Assembly (NCBI GenBank): GCA_002269645.1
Contig: NIVC01003901.1
Location: forward strand, 44,624-108,623
DNA: 64,000 bases
Origin: Macrostomum lignano
Taxonomy: Eukaryota
Direction: 5' to 3'
The notes beneath the pieces were generated by a model. That model had not been told where the DNA came from and made no database searches. It worked only from the letters and a program-made list of their open reading frames with translations. Both the position numbers and the translations under genes were made by a program. Positions 19,213 to 31,254 of the stretch are shown here, in pieces (positions within the stretch are counted from its first letter, which is position 1; every line of letters begins with the position of its first letter).

Positions 19213-19959
19213 CAAAGAGATGATATGAGATCAAAGGGAGAAGAGAGCATAATAAGGGAGTGATGAGATTAAGATGAGGAAGAGGGGAGATCAGAAATTA
19301 GATGTAAGATCAGAATGTAGAGTGTACATGAAATCAGAATGTAGAGATTAGATTGGAATGAGAGCGAGGTGAGATCAGAATGTATAAGTAAGATCAGAAT
19401 GTAGAGATGAGATCAGGATGTAGAGATGAGATAGGAATGAGAGAGAGAGGAGACCGGAAGGCGAGATCAGAGTGCGGAGGTGGATCAAACAGGATTAAGA
19501 GGGTACAGTCGAGACAGCCAGGATCAGGCGAGTTCGCGGTACCGAGCTGCCAGATCACGTGATGCAGGGACGCTGCTACAAAAGTCCTGACGAACCTAAA
19601 AACGACTGCATTTTGTCGTGACCTTGAAATTAGCATTGGCACATTGCCATCTGCATCTATTGATCCCCAGAAATTTCATGAAAATTCACTAATAGCTGCA
19701 GTTCCGTCCCAGCGGCCTGGCAGTCCATAGCAACAATTCGTTTGTCGCTAAGCAAAAATTTCTAGCTAAGAAAGAATGCAGCAACGCGAGAGCCAAGCAA
19801 AGTGGAAAAAGAAAACGTGATAACTGGGGAAATTTTCCCAATATTTTTTGCACCTCTCACACGCTCCCGTCCGCTCGCCCTTCGATCTGAGGGCAGGGGA
19901 TGAGTTAATAAAAATATCCCTGTCTCCGAGCCGCGCAAGCCAGTATTCACTTACACGCT

Positions 19960-20810
19960 GACTCTCTCACTGGCTCTCGCACGGACTCTCACACTGACTC
20001 TCATACTGGCTCTCGCACTGACTCTCACACTGACTCTCACACTGATTCTCACACTGACTCTCTCACTGGCTCTCGCACGGACTCTCACACTGACTTTCAT
20101 ACTGGCTCTCGCACTGACTCTCACACTGACTCTCACACTGATTCTCACACTGACTCTCTCACTGGCTCTTGCACGGACTCTCACACTGACTCTCACACTG
20201 GCTCTCGCACGGACTCTCACACTGACTCTCACACTGACTCTCACACTGATTCTCACACTGACTCTCACACTGGCTCTCGCACGGACTCTCACACTGACTC
20301 TCACACTGACTCTCACACTGACTCTCACACTGACTCTCATACTGGCTCTCGCACTGACTCTCACACTGACTCTCACACTGATTCTCACACTGACTCTCTC
20401 ACTGGCTCTTGCACGGACTCTCACACTGACTCTCACACTGGCTCTCGCACGGACTCTCACACTGACTCTCACACTGACTCTCACACTGATTCTCACACTG
20501 ACTCTCACACTGGCTCTCGCACGGACTCTCACACTGACTCTCACACTGACTCTCACACTGACTCTCACACTGACTCTCACACTGACTCTCACACTGATTC
20601 TCACACTGACTCTCACACTGGCTCTAGCACGGACTCTCACACTGACTCTCACACTGACTCTCCCACTGACTCTCACACTGACTCTCATACTGATTCTCAC
20701 ACTGACTCTCACACTGACTCTCCCACTGACTCTCACACTGACTCTCACACTGACTCTCACACTGACTCTCCCACTGACTCTCACACTGACCCTCACACTG
20801 ACTCTCATGC
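19960..20810. repeat. 12-bp minisatellite (ACTGACTCTCAC)
   Basis: About 70 copies with higher-order variants. Confidence 0.95.
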
Positions 20811-21591
20811 TAGCTCTCTGCTGCTGGGCCTCTACCCCTGTGGTTCTCACACTGTGACTCTCTGTTGCTGGGACTATCAGGCTGCAGGTCTCATGTTGTG
20901 AATCTGACTTGAACTCTCACGATGCGGTGATTCTCACTCTTGACTCCACTCAGGTCAAGTGAGCTCACACAAGCCCAGAACGCAGAGAGCCGCAGGCAAG
21001 TCGCGTATCGCAGGCTTAACCTGGCAATTTCTTGTCGCATTCAATGCCGAATTCATTCTACCTTATTGTCGCACCGTCATGCAATGCTGAAAGCTTCAAG
21101 GCCAGCGCCAATTATCCCGTATCTTCCAAACAAGCTATGCATGTAAGCCGGCGCTCTGATCTAATTCCCATATCTGGTCTGAATCTCAAGGCTTGTGCGG
21201 CACGCGACTCACCCAGCGCAGAGCCGGGGGGATTTGAACTGCACGAGAATTTGCCTTTGCCTTCGCTTTCAGGAGAGGAAGTGGGCGTTATAGGCAGTAA
21301 TTTTTGTTGCTCAGCGGGATATCGGGACAAAAGTTGTTTATTGCATCCGGCTGCGGGCTTCCTTCCCGGGAAACGGCGCAGACTCAGGGCGGCTCAGGCT
21401 AGCCAGAGGAGCGAGTTGGTCTCTGACGCTTCTCAGGACCGGAGTGGAGTCAGTGCGACCTCGGAAACGGACTGTTGAAATTATGAAATATGATGAAGCG
21501 CTAAGCAGCTGGTTCAGATTCCATCCTGCAGTCATAAAACAGTGCCTATTGAAGTAGTTGGAATTCCGGACAGATTTACAGCTGCAACAAG

Positions 21592-22265
<674 letters not shown>

Positions 22266-22642
22266 TACTAATAATCTATCAGCATTTCAGTCTATTTCAG
22301 CGCAGCCGTCTTTCATATCTTTATTGACAATGCAAAGGTGACGGTAACTCAAAAGAAGAAGCTCGGAAGGAACTAAAAAGCATTCAGGTGCTCTTGGCCT
22401 CAACTACGCAGCCAAATCGGACTGACATTCGGGCTTTATTTTTGTAGAAAAATCAGCAGGGGCTGAAGTGCCAGGTAATTCCACTTTCCGCTGTGGCAAA
22501 ATCAATTTGAGCTGCCTAAATGAAACCGGAGCGACAGCTGAGTGGGAGAGAAATTCGGCCTTACGATGGAGGCCAGAATCTGAGTTCCTGCTTGCTTCTG
22601 ATGCAGTGCTATGGGATATGTGGTATTGAGAATACCGCAAGG

Positions 22643-23145
22643 AGAGTAGGGTGCAGTTAGAGTAGGGTGCAGTTAGAGTAGGGTGCAGTTAGAGTAGGGT
22701 GCAGTTAGAGTAGGGTGCAGTTAGAGTAGGGTGCAGTTAGAGTAGGGTGCAGTTAGAGTAGGGTGCAGTTAGAGTAGGGTGCAGTTAGAGTAGGGTGCAG
22801 TTAGAGTAGGGTGCAGTTAGAGTAGGGTGCAGTTAGAGTAGGGTGCAGTTAGAGTAGGGTGCAGTTAGAGTAGGGTGCAGTTAGAGTAGGGTGCAGTTAG
22901 AGTAGGGTGCAGTTAGAGTAGGGTGCAGTTAGAGTAGGGTGCAGTTAGAGTAGGGTGCAGTTAGAGTAGGGTGCAGTTAGAGTAGGGTGCAGTTAGAGTA
23001 GGTGCAGTTAGAGTAGGGTGCAGTTAGAGTAGGGTGCAGTTAGAGTAGGGTGCAGTTAGAGTAGGGTGCAGTTAGAGTAGGGTGCAGTTAGAGTAGGGTG
23101 CAGTTAGAGTAGGGTGCAGTTAGAGTAGGGTGCAGTTAGAGTAGG
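22643..23145. repeat. 16-bp minisatellite (TTAGAGTAGGGTGCAG)
   Basis: About 31 near-perfect copies. Confidence 0.96.
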
Positions 23146-23927
23146 GCACATTCCAAATGAATAATAATCGGAATTATTCGCAGGGACTCAGCACTCAGGG
23201 CGGCACCTCAAAGTAGGCTCAGCGCTCTGCAGCTGCGGGCGCTGAGAACTGCAGAAATGTTTTTGAAAGATGAAGAAAATCGCTGATAGAGCGGGAAGGG
23301 ATAAAAAGAAATGAGATCCCGGAGTGAGAGATGGAGTCGGGAGGATAACTGCTACTTTATACTCATATTTTAAGGGGATATTTCCCGGAGTGGGACTTAC
23401 TGAGCCATTGTTTGAGTTGAAATCCCGCAGCCCAGTTATCCGCATAGTCCCAGAGCTCACTATCGCAGTTTGAGCACCGCAGCCTTGGGGATTAAGGCCG
23501 GATTCGGTTGGCTCAAATAATCGAAGGCTCGGTGCCCCTCTAGATGGACAGCCCCAGAATCCCCCTGGCCGGCATCAAATATTCAGGAGAGCTGCAGCCA
23601 GGAGCGGCTTGCCGACAGAAACACGCAGGCGACGCGGAGTGAAATTCAGTAACGAGCTGCTTTAAAGCATTTTATTGTTGCCATGGTTACGAGTTTTTTA
23701 CAACGGATTTATTTGTTTGAATAACACGAGCTGACATTCAAAATTGTGTTTAATTTTTCGGACAAAAAGTGGCGTGAAGAATCCAACCGTTGTTGTTTGA
23801 TGGTTGGAAAAAGCTGCAAGAGCAAGCTCGTGATAGAAAATAGAAGATAACTTTTCATTCGGGCAGCCATCTGCCGCAGAAAAATTCGACCCAAGAATCA
23901 TTCTGTATGAGATTTCTATCATTGAGA

Positions 23928-24100
23928 CTTCCCTCCTTAGGATTTCCCCTTAGGATTTCCCCTTAGGATCCCCCTTGGGATTTCCCTTCTTAGTATTCCC
24001 CCTAGGGATTTCCCTCCTTGGGATTACCCCTTGGGATTTCCCTCCTTAGGATTCCCCTTGGGATTTCCCTCCTTAGGATTCCCCTTGGGATTTCCCTCCC
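23928..24100. repeat. Degenerate CCCTT(A/G)GGATT short repeats
   Basis: About 10 imperfect copies downstream of the nAChR stop. Confidence 0.8.
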
Positions 24101-24165
24101 ATCTAATTTCAATGTTCCCGTCTGAGATTCGGCCTCCGGCTGGGATTCCCTCCCCATGAACTTCC

Positions 24166-27100
24166 TCAGCCTTTGTAGACGTCGGGCGCTGAGAACAGGA
24201 TGGAGCAGGTGGAGATGACGGTGAAGCAGGAGAAGACGATCAGACAGAGCCGGTCCACCACACGAGCCGCGAATTTCCAGTCGCTGCTAATATCCGACGC
24301 CGTCGTGTCGTCGGCGATCTTCCGCGTGACGATGCGCAGCTCGTCCAGCACCACCGACAGACCGTTGGGGTTGCCGCCGCCACCGCCACCGCCTCCGCCT
24401 CCACCTACGCCGCAACCGCCCTCGACACCGCCGCTGACCGTCTGGACGCCGTTTTCCAAATCGAGCACGTTGGCCAGCAGGGACTTGGAGTGTCGCTGCG
24501 GCAGCCCCGCCGCTCCGGCGGTATCGCGGAACGACGCGCCACGGTGCGAGGCGGCGGCTGACGCGGCGGCCGCGGCGGCGGCAAAGTTCTTCGGGCGCCT
24601 CAGCCGGATGAACTCCTGCTCGGCCTCTTCCTGGCGGTGGTTCTTCATGCACAGGATGTTCGCCAGGTAAGTGCAGATGAACTTCTTCACCTGGAGGATT
24701 TTAGATGGTGAATTTTTGTGTAGAAATTGAATTTCTACAGAAGTTGCTCTGATGGAACTTGAGCTCTGAGTCAGTGAACCAGACCTTTTGTCACGCCACT
24801 GAGAATGTGACACCTGGGAGCTGAAACCAAAGTCCAGATGGAACACCTGGGAGCTGAAACCAAGGTCTGGATGGGACACCTGGGAGCTGAAACCAAGTTC
24901 AAGATGGAACACTGGGAGCTGAAACCAAGGTCCAGATGGAATGCCTGGAAACTGACACCTGGAAGCTGACACCTGGAAGCTGACACCTGGAAGCTGACAC
25001 CTGGAAGCTGACACCTGGAAGCTGACACCTGGAAGCTGACACCTGGAAGCTGACACCTGACACCTGGAAGCTGACACCTGGAAGCTGACACCTGGAAGCT
25101 GACACCTGGAAGCTGACACCTGGAAGCTGACACCTGGAAGCTGACACCTGGAAGCTGACACCTGGAAGCTGACACCTGGAAGCTGACACCTGGAAGCTGA
25201 CACCTGCAAACTCAGAATTGAATATTGAATTATCAAGCCAGTTAGCCTCACCCATCGCGGCACAGGATGCGACTCAGCGTCCCGGTGGTGATAGTTGAGC
25301 ACGATGACGGTGAACACCACGGACAGGCTGCACATGACCATCGTGCAGGTGAAGTACATCACTGCAATGCAAAAATTGACTCCTGACATAGACGTTACTG
25401 TATTAAAATTGTTACCATTTCAATAATTATGACCAGAAATTTGAGAGCCTCCTAGCCCAGTGGGTCAGCGCATTCGCAAAGTTAAGAAAAGATGGTCCCG
25501 GTTAGTACGCAGCTTAATAAGCTGGTTGAGTCATGAGCTCCAGCTCACGCTGCTGTGATTGGATAGAAATGCATGTACATGCACAGGGGTGAGCTGCGAC
25601 CTTCACGCAGTCAAAGCAATGTACAAGCCTTTTGCAGCGGCAGTGCTGTTGCTGCACACCTGACCACCTTGAAGCAGGTGTAGATGCTCTTCTAGAACTA
25701 TGAAATGTATAAACTCTTTCCACTGCTGCTACCACAGAACGAGACTCACCGATCAGGGGCACCGCCTCGGACGTCTTGGGCATGGAGTCGGCCACCAGCA
25801 GTTGAAACATGGACAGCGACAGCATGATCATCACGCCTGCAATTGGAACAGTGTGTGACAGCATGATCATCACGCCTGCATTTGAAACAATGTTGTGCGT
25901 GACAGCATGATCATCACGCCTGCAATTGGAACAGTGTTGTGCGTGACAGCATGATCATCACGCCTGCAATTGGAACAGTGTTGCGTGACAGCATGATCAT
26001 CACTGTGTGTGACAGCATGAACATCACGCCTGCAATTGGAACAGTGTTGTGTGACAGCATGATCATCACTGTGTGTGACAGCATGATCATCACGCCTGCA
26101 AGTGGAACAGTGTTGCGTGACAGCATGATCATCACGCCTGCAAGTGGAACAGTGTTGCGTGACAGCATGATCATCACGCCTGCAAGTGGAACAGTGTTGC
26201 GTGACAGCATGATCATCACGCCTGCAAGTGGAACAGTGTTGCGTGACAGCATGATCATCACGCCTGCAAGTGGAACAGTGTTGTGCGTGACAGCCCGATC
26301 ATCACGCCGGCATTTGAAACAGTGTTAGGTGTGCCGCATTTGCTAGACTGGTATTTCGACTAAGACCAGGTCTCTGGGGATAACCAGTTTCCTGTTCCCG
26401 GCGCTATTTTTTGGTTACCGGGTACCGGACACCGGGGTCTCGGGACAATTCTACCTGTAGCTTCACAGCCGGTTCGGCCGGCTACCCAGGACACGCACCC
26501 AAAGAGATTTTCTCGCCAGCATCCGGCGGCAGCAGGAAGGTGAGCAGCGACATAGTTGAGATGAGCACGCAGGGGATGATGAGGTTGATCCCGTAGTACA
26601 GAGTCCGCCTGCGGATCCGGATGAAGTAGCTCAGGTCGATGAACGGGTAGGGACAGCAGTCGTATTTGGCGGCCGTGCGCACGCCGGGGACGCCTGGCGG
26701 AGCGGAGAGTTAAGGGGGGGGGTTAAAGCAAATGAGACCCGGGTGGGAATAATTGGCTCTGGCACTCGGGACAAGATGCTGCGATCGATATAATGCACTA
26801 TTATATCATTACTATATCACTATTGATATGTTTGGACTGGCAGTGCTGTTATTTACAGTGGTGCTGTAATGGTGTTAGCAAAGACAAAATAGTCGATCTC
26901 TTGGTGTTGTAAATTTTATATTTATTCACTGTGAGCCAGTGGGATAGTTAACAGGACAAATCAATTATACAAGGAGTGTAAAGGAGCAACGTCAAGTCGC
27001 CAAGCAAAGCACGAGTCTACTGCGCCAAGTTGCTACTGGAAGTAGAGAAACTGCGTATAAAGTCTGATTTATCTAAAAAAAAATTCGTTCTCTTGCCTTC

Positions 27101-30085
27101 CAGGCTCCACTCGCCGCTGGTGATGTAGGTCTCCAGATCAGCCTGGCCGACCTCCGAGCAGCGCAGGGGGTCGCTGAGCCGCTTCTCCGTGGTGTCCAGC
27201 GATTCGTTGGAGCACTTGAGCCGCAGGTCCAGCGTGCCGCCGTCGTAGGACCAGGAGCCAAACTTCAGCTTGCAGATCTGAGTGTCGAACGGGAACCAGG
27301 TGGTGTCGATCTTGCAGGTGGAGCGAAACATGCCCGGCGGGATGAAGTTCATGTTGCCCGTGTGCTCAATCACCACGTTTGTCGGGTAGGTGCCGTCAAA
27401 TTTTTCGTCCGCGCTGTGGGGCGGGGGGCGCGGGCAGTTTTTGGGTGAAGATTTTCGAGAGTTTCTGGCGCAGCTCGAAACCTTTATTGATTAATCGCTA
27501 GCGTGATGACTCAGTTGTGAGGACCAGGGTGGCATTATGTTGTGCCAGTTATTCACGTTGCGTTACCCGTTCGATGCGCACGATGCTCTTAATAATAATA
27601 ATATAATTTATTACACGTGCCCCAATTAGGGCCAGATGTGCAACCGACAACTCAGCCGCAGGCTGAGTACGCTGAATACAGGCTGCGTACGGCTGTTCAG
27701 TCCAAGGACTGGGGGGGGGGGTTCGCCACACACACCCTTAATTACCCCAGCTGATGCTGGCACCCATTTTACAGCTGGGTGAACTGAAGCAATGCAGAGT
27801 TAAGTGTCTTGTTCAAGGACACGAACAAGGATCGCTAGAAGTTACCGTTGTATCAGGACGCAACACTGGCATGATAAATTCTAGTGGTCCTTGGACACGA
27901 ATCGTTCCAGTAGGATCGAGAATCGAACCCCCGAACTTCAAGTCGTGAGTCCGACGCTCTGACCACTGGGCTGCAACCCCTTTTGGCTTTTGATTTGGCC
28001 AAAGATGGCTCAAATCAATTTTTAAACGGGTGTGAACAAACTGTACATTGATTTGAGCAGTCTGACCCGCGGAGCCAGCTATTAGTGGCAATGTGAATCG
28101 GCCTTTACACGGTGTCGCAAAAATTTGCATATACAAGGTTGATCATTGATTTGGTTCCTTAGTGCTTTCTATGCTGTTTTTGGTAGTTTTATTCATGAGT
28201 TCATGGCCCAGATTTTCAAATCGTGACCTCCTTGAACCTGGAATGAACCGAAAAACTCCAGTTTGCATTGAAACGCCTCCCTCGCAAATCCACTGACCTG
28301 TTGTACAGCAGGATATCCGGCCGCCACACTTTGCGAGGGTCGATGTTGATTTTTGTGATGCCACCAAAGTCCTTCGGGTCCCACACGAAATGATAGTCGT
28401 TCCAAGTCTGCAAGTGCAACAAGCGGATGTGAGGTCAAGGTCTCTGATTTTGATAGCAAAACTTGTGCCCAGATAAACTGGCTTTTGTTTGTTGGCGTCA
28501 GAGCGGTGCTCCGGATCCGGGGTTCGATTCTGGGTAGTTCGACTCGTACGTATCCTAGTGAGTGCTGAGGGTGAGTCTAAGTGCCTCCCCGCTGGCTACG
28601 AGTGTATTATTGGTCGACTATAAGCTGCACACAGCCAACATGCTTCCTGAAAATTTGAATTTAACAGATCTGACAGCCAACAGACTGATCGGCAAGGTTT
28701 ACATAAGCTACCCGAGTGTTCTCAGTGGCCCTTCTTGCGTTGCTTAAGTAAGGACCAGTAAAAGCTTACGTTAAGACACTGGCGAATCGTGTAGTTTGTG
28801 TAGGTGGTGTGAATTTCGCATTGAAATGCATTAGCGTTTATATGTATTCAGTCTTTTAGTTTTCAGTCAAAATTGAAATTTTGCAGCTGGACACATAGGC
28901 ATAAAGTAACAATGGTTGGTTGCAAAAAGTGACGTCTCCGACTTACCAGGTCAAGCCAAATGTTGGCAAATAGGATCTGATTTTTCTCATCCTAAAATTT
29001 TATGGAAATTGGATTAATAATTTGATGATAGTTTACCTTACCGTCAACAATTTTCACAGCTCACCACATCGATAATTTGCTGTAGCGAGACCTTGAACCA
29101 GACATAGAGGACGCCTGAGTCGTTTCTCACCGGGCGCTCAACCGGGTTGTGCACCTGCAGGGCGCTGCTGCGGTTGTTCGGGTGGAACAGGTAGTAGAGC
29201 AGGCGCCGCTCGTGGTAGCCCGTCTGGGACACTTCAGCCCGGGGTTCAAGGAAGGTCATTAGCATGCTGTTGTATTGAATCAAACCTATGGAAGACTTAT
29301 AACATTCATCTGTTCGCGCTAAAGGAGTTCTGTTTGGATCTGTCGACACTGTACAGCGGAGTTGCATGCAGCCGCAATAGGAGAAACCCAGTGCACCGGC
29401 AATAGTGCATTCTGCACTGCTGCCGCAGATCGCCTGTGTTTCAAACCTAAACACCCAATCTCTTCATCGCCTTTTCTCTTACAGCAGCTGTGTGGAGCTT
29501 CTAACGATCGGGATCGAATGCTGCAGGAGGGCAGGGCTGCAGCAATCCCAGTTCTGAGCCGCACTGTCATTCATCAGCCCATTGACCGCCGGCAGCGCCG
29601 CACGGCCGCATGGCACCCGCAGGGCTCGTAAAGCAAATTAGTCGGAGCCCCTTGGACCCCCGCTGCCAGTCTACGGCTGGCCTAATTGGAATTGGCAGTC
29701 CCGAATGCGGACAGAGCTCGCGCCCGGCTCAGTTTGGAAGCAAAGTATTTGAAATGGTTCAGTTTTGGAGCGATTCCAGACTGTTGCAATCCGTCTGCCT
29801 GCCAGAGTGACCGATTTCTAACAAAATTCTTTGCAATCTTGACTTGAGAAAATCTTGAACTTGCTGCCATCCCGGACAGCTATAGAAGCTTGCAGACTAT
29901 CTGAAAGGTCAGCTTTCAAGAAACTTCTCATAGGAAATTTTTTGTCCTGACTTGTCTTGAACAGTGGGGATCTCGCTTAAGCTCTGAGCTATGAGAGACA
30001 TCAACAAGCAGGATTTGAGTTCGTACTCACCTGGTATTAGCAGCACAATCAGGGCTGCCAATAGCTCTGACTGTAGCAGCTGCAT
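24166..30085 (-). CDS. Nicotinic acetylcholine receptor alpha subunit, alpha7-like; join(30031..30085,29065..29285,28947..28991,28298..28407,27097..27413,26499..26693,25750..25836,25252..25361,24166..24690), 554 aa
   Basis: Signal peptide [19 protein letters not shown]; GYHERRLL; DEKNQIL..NIWL; [10 protein letters not shown]; Cys-loop [15 protein letters not shown]; loop B GSWSY; vicinal cysteines YDCC; M1, M2 (GEKISLG), M3 and M4 ([13 protein letters not shown]). All junctions have splice signals with matching phases, and the exons total 1665 nt. Confidence 0.95.
24950..25205. repeat. 14-bp minisatellite (ACACCTGGAAGCTG) in the last nAChR intron
   Basis: About 18 copies, preceded by degenerate related units at 24808-24950. 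Confidence 0.95.
25840..26325. repeat. 39-44-bp minisatellite made of the nAChR M2-exon splice acceptor plus exon start
   Basis: The unit contains minus-strand TGCAG|GCGTGATGATCATGCTGTC, identical to the real junction at 25836/25837. There are 9 extra copies with an intact AG. Confidence 0.92.
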
Positions 30086-31254
30086 TGCTCTAAATATTTT
30101 TTTAAATAATTTTGATCAGAATTTGCGGCAAGCCTTTGCATGCATTACATGTACTTTTGCTCTAAGTTGATCTTCTCTTGTCAGCGTTGTCGAGCCAGCT
30201 CCTGCTACTCTCAGTTCGATCCTCTGCAGCTTGCTTGCTTTCGATCTTGCCTTCTTTCACAATTTCCTTGTAACGGCTGCGATCGTCGAGTTGACCTCTC
30301 TCCAGCACGGGGACGCTCTGCAGCGGTGAAATAACAGTTTTAGTTGGAAGGCCGTCTGGTCGCATTCGAAGCGCACACAATGAGCGCCTCGGCTTGGGCC
30401 AATGGAAACTGCTGAGAGGCAATGCAGAGTCGGGCAGACGCGGGCTTGTGGGTTCGGGATTTGTCCCAGTTGTCGCGTGAACCCCCGTCCCTCTCTTCCC
30501 CTCTCAAGCGTCAGGTGGTGCTTGGCATTCCAGCGAAGTCCGACAGGCCTGAGGTGGGACGGTCAGGAAAATCTTGGAGGCAGCAAGAAAAATACAGTTA
30601 CTGGCGGGAACGGCTGCAGATTATGGAAGTCACTGGAGCTTTCGCTACGAATCCAGTGCAGGAGCCAGATACGTTATAGCGCACACACGGTTTTCATTTA
30701 GTGAACTTTTTGTTCCTCGATATTTGGCCATATTCCAATGCTGCACTCAAGGACCGCTGGACACAGGGTGTTAAAGTGGTTTCTGAGGGCTGATGTTTTC
30801 CTATAGAATATTAACTTGCCAGGATGAGATGATACTTTCCATACTTAGAATTTTTTTATTAAATACGAGCTACCGATCAAATATCCATTATGTCTTCGTT
30901 TTGAAACTTCTAATGGCTCTATTTATAGTATAGCAGAAGCCAAAGATATTCAGAAAAATGCAATCTTAATTGTCTTTCACATTATAACACGACGAAGTGT
31001 GCATTTAACAACATAGTCTATGGTCAAACCGTGGTAATCATTATGTATTTCAACAAATACATCAGCATGCATTTAACGCAGGCGCACTCGTGACCAAGAC
31101 CATTAAAGCACGCAGCAGCTATATATTAATCCTATATTCGATAAAGACATGGTATTTTAAGTGCCAAAAACCAATGGCAAGGTAGACATAGACAAAAGCT
31201 GTGCAAGAAGAGCTGATTCTTTAGTTAGGTGTTAAAAAGACTAACATTGGTCCA

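Noticed and set aside
9030-20850. Many 100-380-aa periodic ORFs (SHQS, MIGDSLR, ENRPT, SHPTCVP, QASSGRIP, PQPQ, VRVS)
   Set aside because: All coincide with tandem arrays; no domain or splice support.
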